Shown here piece by piece: positions 58,832 to 64,000 of a stretch of 64,000 nt of DNA. The notes below the pieces were generated by a model. The model ran no database searches, was not told where the DNA came from, and worked only from the letters and a program-made list of their open reading frames with translations. This stretch comes from Thermoplasmata archaeon (GTDB lineage Archaea; Thermoplasmatota; Thermoplasmata; Halarchaeoplasmatales; Halarchaeoplasmataceae). How positions within the stretch are numbered: the stretch's first letter is position 1; each line of letters opens with the position of its first letter. The stretch spans positions 5,287 through 69,286 of the forward strand of contig JBKHFH010000002.1 in assembly GCA_046540335.1 (NCBI GenBank). Direction: 5' to 3'. A program made the translations under genes and the position numbers.

Positions 58832-58839
58832 TTTATATA
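58832..58839 (+). promoter_or_regulatory. TATA box of the his operon
   Basis: TTTATATA about 24 nt before the structured leader. Confidence 0.6.
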
Positions 58840-58862
58840 ATGTGTATCAGACTACACCTACC

Positions 58863-59105
58863 GTGAGCCGCATGGAAAGCGATCTTAGAAACGATTGTTC
58901 ATCTACACCGGGACCTAACGGTGATGGTTTAGAGAGCCCTGTGGCTCACTACGTTCATAATTGAGTTCAGCCAAAATCCCCCCGACTTTTCTGATCTCAT
59001 CTCATCTTTTTCTGCTCAGTCTTTACTCTTACCAGTATTTGCTATGCTATCATCCTCTCCTGCTTTTCTTTTCAGATCGATGTATATCTATCTAGAGGTG
59101 AAAAT
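58863..59105 (+). promoter_or_regulatory. Structured his leader: three-helix RNA, His-containing uORF (58872-58964) and pyrimidine tract
   Basis: 58863-58875 pairs with 58937-58949 (12/13); uORF ends AHYVHN*; C/T-rich tract at about 58977-59073. Confidence 0.6.
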
Positions 59106-59996
59106 ATGAAAGGTGATCTGTTCTCTCTTTCGAGCTCTATGTCGGAAATAGCGAAATGTCTGAGAAAAAATTTCTATCTATGGGGATACGAAGAGATCTT
59201 CCTACCCACGATAGAAAGGTACGATGAAGAACTGGACAAAGGTCTGAAATTCTCCTACAACGACAAGTTCCATCTGATCGAACCTGACCCTACATCGCAG
59301 ATACTGAAATATCTAGACGATGAGGAGAGCCTTAGACTGTTCTATATATCCGAGGTATTAGATGGCAGCGTGGAAGGAAACTGGCAGAGCGGTTTAGAAC
59401 TCATCGGCGGTAGGGACTTGTGGATGCAGGTGGAGATATTGAACGTGGTCATTTCCTCTCTAGATAAGCTAGGTATCGAAGAATTCTATGTAGATATCGG
59501 AAGCCTTAGAGTTTGGGAAGATGCTATTCAGGACATAAGAGAATATAGAGATGAAGTCTACACGGCACTAGAGAAAAGGAACTTCGAGATGATAGAATAT
59601 CTTCCTCTTGAGGAAGGAAAAAAAGAGAGATTGTGGGAACTGTTCAATTTTCGGGGGGTCTCCTGTGACTACGAGAAGCTGAACACCATAGCTCAAACTT
59701 TAGATGACGACAGGGTCTCGATAGATTTTGGGACGGTTCGACCGCTCCCATACTACGAGGATCTGATCTTCGAGGTCTATTCACCCGAACTCGGCTATCC
59801 TATAGGTGCTGGAGGTGAATACAGGTCCGACGGTAAAAGGGCCTGTGGTTTCGCCTTCGACCTGGGAGCTATCCTAGAACTGTACGATGGTGAAGTCGGT
59901 GATTACAGAGAGTCCATAGACAAGGATCTAGAGGAGAGTTACAGGCTCGCTAAGAAGAAGATAGAAGAGGACAGACCCATCGAGGTGGAACAATGA
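59106..59996 (+). CDS. hisZ: ATP phosphoribosyltransferase regulatory subunit
   Basis: [34 protein letters not shown]; precedes a short hisG. Confidence 0.88.
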   Translation: MKGDLFSLSSSMSEIAKCLRKNFYLWGYEEIFLPTIERYDEELDKGLKFSYNDKFHLIEPDPTSQILKYLDDEESLRLFYISEVLDGSVEGNWQSGLELIGGRDLWMQVEILNVVISSLDKLGIEEFYVDIGSLRVWEDAIQDIREYRDEVYTALEKRNFEMIEYLPLEEGKKERLWELFNFRGVSCDYEKLNTIAQTLDDDRVSIDFGTVRPLPYYEDLIFEVYSPELGYPIGAGGEYRSDGKRACGFAFDLGAILELYDGEVGDYRESIDKDLEESYRLAKKKIEEDRPIEVEQ

Positions 59997-60610
59997 AAGT
60001 AGTTCTACCCAAGGGACGATTATTCGAAAGATCGTTTGAGCTGATGAAGGAAGTCGGTCTTCAGCTGAAAAGACCCGATGATAGGGACCTGATAGCCGGG
60101 ACGGGAAAAGATGAACTGATGGTCCCTAAACCCTTCGACGTGCCTGTTTACGTGGAGCGTATAGCCGACATGGGCATAACAGGTAGAGACGTGGTGGAGG
60201 AGAGGAACTGTGATGTCTTCATACCTCTCAGACTGCCCTTCGGTGAGTGCAGACTCAGTATAGCCGTGCCCCAGGAGGAAGATATAGAAGTCGAAGAGAT
60301 GGACGGATACAGGATCGCTACCGAGTTCCCGAACATCTCGGAAAGATACTTCAAGGAAAAAAACGTCGAAGTAGAGATCGTGAGGGTCGACGGTTCCACA
60401 GAGTTAGCACCTAGAGCCGAGATATCCGATGCGATCGTCGACATCGTCCAGACGGGAAGCACCTTAGAGGCCAACGGTCTGGTCGAGCTCGAAAAGATCA
60501 TCGATGTATCTGCCGTTTTATTGGTGAACAGGATCTCCCAGAAGACAAGATTTGAAGAGATCAATGAGTTAATATCGAAGTTGAAAGAGGTGAGTCAAGA
60601 TGGACGTTAG
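59993..60610 (+). CDS. hisG: ATP phosphoribosyltransferase (short form)
   Basis: [35 protein letters not shown] motifs. Confidence 0.95.
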   Translation: MKVVLPKGRLFERSFELMKEVGLQLKRPDDRDLIAGTGKDELMVPKPFDVPVYVERIADMGITGRDVVEERNCDVFIPLRLPFGECRLSIAVPQEEDIEVEEMDGYRIATEFPNISERYFKEKNVEVEIVRVDGSTELAPRAEISDAIVDIVQTGSTLEANGLVELEKIIDVSAVLLVNRISQKTRFEEINELISKLKEVSQDGR

Positions 60611-61736
60611 AAGGAAAGTATTTGAGATATTGAAAGATGTGAGAGAAGAAAGAACGGAAGCTGTTAGGAGATACAGTAAAAAATTCGACGACTACGACGG
60701 GAAATTGAAGGTAGAATACATGAGTCCAGGGCAAGAGATCCCGGAGGAAGATAAACATGTGATAGAGGAAATTATAGACAGAGTTTTCAGATACCACAGG
60801 AGACAGCTGGAGAACGACGAGCTTTATACCGAGCGTGGATCAATCTACGGTATGTTACATAGACCTGAGCAGAGAGCTGGTCTTTACGTCCCTGGAGGTG
60901 AACCTCTGCCTTCGTCTCTGATAATGTCGGGCGTTCCCGCGAAGATAGCAGGGGTTGAAGATGTGGCGGTTGTCACCCCGCCGATGGATGGTGAGATCGA
61001 TCCCTACGTGTCGTTCGTCGCCGATAGTCTTGGGTTCGACGAGATCTACATGATCGGAGGAGCACAGGCAATCGGAGCGATGGCTTACGGTGCTGGGATG
61101 AAAAAAGTCGATAAGATCTTCGGACCCGGAAATGAATATGTAAACGAAGCGAAGAGACAGGTTTTCGGTGACGTAGGTATAGACAGTCTAGCGGGTCCGT
61201 CAGATGTATGCATCATCTCTGATAGTTCCGCCAGGGTCAGTTACGTGCTGTCGGATCTCGAGTCTCAACTGGAGCACGGCGTAAATTCCAAAGCCTGGCT
61301 GTTGACCACTTCGGAAGAACTTGCCGAGGAAGCCCGGTCGAGGACCGATTCCGAAGTGTTCCTATTTAAAGATCTAAACAGTTGTGTCGAGAAGAGCAAC
61401 GAGATAGCTCCGGAACATCTGGAGATCATCACTGAAGACCCTCTCGGGGTTTTGGAAGGAGTGAAGAACGCCGGTGCGGTTTACCTTGGAGAGTACACGC
61501 CCGTAGCGGCCGCGGATTACTTCCTAGGAGTAAATCACATACTGCCTACCGGGGGAGCTTCTAGATTCTCTTCTGTCTTGACGGTAAAGGACTTCATGAA
61601 ATCCATGAGCGTCGCTTATGTTGGAGAAGATGAGTTCAGAGATGATTGCCATCTAGGAATCAGACTGGCCGATATAGAAAACATGACATCTCACAAGAGA
61701 TCTATGGAGGTGAGATTGGATGAGAAGGAAGACTGA
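60600..61736 (+). CDS. hisD: Histidinol dehydrogenase
   Basis: GLYVPGG, GGAQAI, GPGN, AGPS, PEHLEI, NHILPT motifs. Confidence 0.95.
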   Translation: MDVRRKVFEILKDVREERTEAVRRYSKKFDDYDGKLKVEYMSPGQEIPEEDKHVIEEIIDRVFRYHRRQLENDELYTERGSIYGMLHRPEQRAGLYVPGGEPLPSSLIMSGVPAKIAGVEDVAVVTPPMDGEIDPYVSFVADSLGFDEIYMIGGAQAIGAMAYGAGMKKVDKIFGPGNEYVNEAKRQVFGDVGIDSLAGPSDVCIISDSSARVSYVLSDLESQLEHGVNSKAWLLTTSEELAEEARSRTDSEVFLFKDLNSCVEKSNEIAPEHLEIITEDPLGVLEGVKNAGAVYLGEYTPVAAADYFLGVNHILPTGGASRFSSVLTVKDFMKSMSVAYVGEDEFRDDCHLGIRLADIENMTSHKRSMEVRLDEKED

Positions 61737-62256
61737 AGAAGTGGAAATCGTGGTAAAGTTGGATGAAGAGGGAGAGATCGATACAGGGGATAAATGTCTC
61801 GATCACCTTTTGGAGACCTTCTTCTTCTATATGGGTGAAGATGCTGTGGTCCAAGCTAAGGGAGACCTGAGACATCATCTGTGGGAAGATGTCGGTATCG
61901 TACTCGGCAAAGAGATCAAGAGATGGAAGGAAGAAAAAAGCGAAAGAGTAAATCGGTTCGGTGAAGCTATCATGCCGATGGACGAGGCTCTGGTTCTTGT
62001 TTCATTAGACATCACTAGGAACTATCTCTCTTTCGACGTCTCTCCCGCGGAGATAGAAAAAGGGTTTGAGCCTACACTGGTAAAAGAGTTCATCAATGCT
62101 ATGGTCAGAAACCTGGGAGCTACACTGCATATCAAGCAGTTGAGTGGAGAAAATTCACACCATGTTATCGAAGCGGTCTTCAAAGCGCTCGGTATTGCCT
62201 TCTCGGAAGCACTTGAAGGGAGTGATGAACTCAGGAGTACCAAGGGTGAGCTCTAG
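61720..62256 (+). CDS. hisB: Imidazoleglycerol-phosphate dehydratase
   Basis: HHLWED, PMDEAL, NSHHVIEAVFKA, STKG motifs. Confidence 0.95.
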   Translation: MRRKTEEVEIVVKLDEEGEIDTGDKCLDHLLETFFFYMGEDAVVQAKGDLRHHLWEDVGIVLGKEIKRWKEEKSERVNRFGEAIMPMDEALVLVSLDITRNYLSFDVSPAEIEKGFEPTLVKEFINAMVRNLGATLHIKQLSGENSHHVIEAVFKALGIAFSEALEGSDELRSTKGEL

Positions 62257-62853
62257 ATGATCTGTATCGTGGATCTGGACGTTGGAAATCTAGCGAACGT
62301 GAAAAGGGCACTCGGTGGGAATATCTCCAGTGATCCAGCGCTGGTCGAACAAGCGGACAAGATAGTGCTTCCAGGCGTAGGGAATTTCGGGTCGGTATCG
62401 GAAGAGATCGAGTCACTGAGAGATGTTATAGTTGAAGGTGTTGAAGAGGGAAAACCCATCTTAGGTATATGCCTGGGTATGCACCTGCTTTTCGAAGATA
62501 GTGATGAAGGTCGAGGGAACGGGCTCGGCATATTGAAGGGAGAAGTCCGCAGGTTTCGTGAGAAAAGGACCCCGCACATAGGTTGGAACACCGTGAATTT
62601 CAATGAACGGTCGAAACTTTTTGAGGGTATCGGTGAGAACGAATATTTCTATTTCGCCCACTCTTACCGGGCGTATCCTGAGGACGAAGGGATCGTGGTA
62701 GGCAGAACAGAGCGTGCTGTTGGAGGGAGCTATGAGACTTTCCCTTCCATCGTGCAGAAGGATAACTTCTACGGTACTCAATTCCACCCGGAGAAGTCGG
62801 GTATAGCAGGGCGAAAACTGCTGAATAATTTCAAAGAGCGCGGGGCGGTATGA
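62257..62853 (+). CDS. hisH: IGP synthase glutaminase subunit
   Basis: LPGVG, GICLG, PHIGWN, QFHPEKS motifs. Confidence 0.95.
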   Translation: MICIVDLDVGNLANVKRALGGNISSDPALVEQADKIVLPGVGNFGSVSEEIESLRDVIVEGVEEGKPILGICLGMHLLFEDSDEGRGNGLGILKGEVRRFREKRTPHIGWNTVNFNERSKLFEGIGENEYFYFAHSYRAYPEDEGIVVGRTERAVGGSYETFPSIVQKDNFYGTQFHPEKSGIAGRKLLNNFKERGAV

Positions 62854-63554
62854 TGGAATTCTTACCGGCTATAGACCTGATGGATGGAGAGGTGGTCCGA
62901 CTGAAAAGAGGCGTTAAGCGAGAGAAAGTGGTTTATGGAGATCCTCTGGAGACCGCACGTCGATTTAGAGAGTATGTCGAGAAGATCCACGTGGTGGATC
63001 TAGATGGTGCATTTGATGGAGTACCTCGGAACCTTTCCGTCGTGGAGGATATCATAGAGGAGACTGACCTCGATGTTCAATACGGCGGTGGACTTAGAAA
63101 CTATCAAGACGTAGAGAGAGCGTATGAAGCAGGTGTAGAAAATGCGATCATCGGAACCAAAGCTCTGGAAGAGTCTTTCATCGAAAGGATCACGGATGAA
63201 TTTGAAGGCGTAACAGTAAGTCTAGACGTGAAAAACGGTATGGTCGCCCTAGAGGGCTGGAAAGTGAAGAGCGAAGTGTCTGTGAAGGAAGCCTACCAGA
63301 TGGTTAAAGAGCACGTGGATAGGTTCATCTACACTTCCATCGAAAGAGACGGTGTTCTTGAAGGTTTAGGTGAGTGGGATAACTTCTGGAATGATGAAGA
63401 GTTCATATATGCCGGAGGTGTGAGCAGTTTGACGGATGTTTTGAGATTGAAGAGGTCCGAGTTCTCCGGCTTCGTGGTGGGGAGAGCTCTATACGAAGGT
63501 GCGCTGAATCTCGAAGATATAGAAAGAACGTTGAGGTGTGAAGATGCTGGCTAA
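62850..63554 (+). CDS. hisA: ProFAR isomerase
   Basis: PAIDL, HVVDLDGA, GGGLR, RDGVLEG, AGGV motifs. Confidence 0.95.
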   Translation: MMEFLPAIDLMDGEVVRLKRGVKREKVVYGDPLETARRFREYVEKIHVVDLDGAFDGVPRNLSVVEDIIEETDLDVQYGGGLRNYQDVERAYEAGVENAIIGTKALEESFIERITDEFEGVTVSLDVKNGMVALEGWKVKSEVSVKEAYQMVKEHVDRFIYTSIERDGVLEGLGEWDNFWNDEEFIYAGGVSSLTDVLRLKRSEFSGFVVGRALYEGALNLEDIERTLRCEDAG

Positions 63555-64000
63555 AAGAGTGGTAGCTGCTCTAGACATAAAAGATGGTGAAGTGGTCAAG
63601 GGAACCAACTTCAGAGATCTTAGGTCCGCGGGTGATCCTTTAACATTGGCCAAAAAGTACGAGAGAAGCGGGATCGACGAGTTAGTACTTCTTGACATAC
63701 ACGCTACTCTTGAGGAACGCAAGATCTTCAGCGAGTTAGTCGAGAAAGTAGCTGCTGAATTATCCGTTCCATTCACCGTCGGAGGAGGGATACGCAAAGT
63801 AAAAACGGCGAGAGAGATGGTAAGGAAAGGAGCCGATAAGATATTCGTGAATACCGCGGCGGTGGAAGATCCCAGTATGGTAGTGAAATTGAATCAGGTG
63901 ATCGGTGCCTCGAACCTTGTCATAGCGATAGACGGAAAACGTGATGGAGATGACTGGAAAGTTTTCACTCACGGAGGTAAAAAAGGCAGAGATCTGAACG
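63544..64000 (+). CDS. hisF: IGP synthase cyclase subunit (3' truncated by the window edge)
   Basis: MLAKRVVAALDIKDGEVVKGTNF..GIDELVLLDI..PFTVGGGI translated from ATG63544. Confidence 0.95.
   Translation, partial: MLAKRVVAALDIKDGEVVKGTNFRDLRSAGDPLTLAKKYERSGIDELVLLDIHATLEERKIFSELVEKVAAELSVPFTVGGGIRKVKTAREMVRKGADKIFVNTAAVEDPSMVVKLNQVIGASNLVIAIDGKRDGDDWKVFTHGGKKGRDLN

Noticed and set aside
1114..63972. Numerous 60-220 aa ORFs antisense or out of frame to recognised genes (e.g. 3151-3660, 20443-21102, 28569-29105, 36557-37096)
   Set aside because: They overlap well-supported genes, lack motifs, and are expected from purine-rich coding strands.
1..64000. Genome-wide reassignment of TAG, prompted by in-frame ambers at 1613, 19506, 24623 and 58930
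   Set aside because: TAG is the normal stop of many intact genes here (fasciclin, pheA, aroC, P-type ATPase, HAD, ftcD, S8 protease, hisB), and the permease also carries a deletion.
1..64000. CRISPR array, transposase, integrase or prophage
   Set aside because: No regularly spaced repeats or mobile-element motifs seen; no integrase or att duplication noticed beside tRNA-iMet.

Overview
Gene-dense chromosomal window from an archaeon: TATA-type promoters, GGTGA/GAGG ribosome-binding sites, an initiator tRNA-Met with an A1-U72 pair, a GHMP-type shikimate kinase and very acidic proteins. A halophilic Thermoplasmatota-like lineage is inferred, not proven. It carries pheA; a bacterial-type class I-alpha DAHP synthase; a Tar-like regulator with aroB-D-E-K-A-C-aroQ-tyrA; a siroheme-dependent (Ahb) heme cluster without hemA/hemL; transporters; a cation-chloride cotransporter pseudogene; a four-gene coiled-coil/PRC-barrel cluster; hutU and ftcD; two large repeat-rich surface proteins; tRNA-iMet; and hisZGDBHAF, cut by the window edge. 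No CRISPR array or mobile element was seen. The most notable signals are in the leaders of the amino-acid operons. (i) A 31-nt cassette encoding M(S/P)RQYELP-stop occurs twice. Its -1 frame continues as the Tar-like regulator in one copy and, in the other, as a homologous peptide whose stop overlaps the aroG start, suggesting recoding-based control. (ii) The his leader has a three-helix fold, a His-containing uORF and a long pyrimidine tract. (iii) A Phe-containing uORF and hairpin precede pheA. Together these suggest a translation-coupled attenuation system in an archaeon; this is a hypothesis and needs testing.
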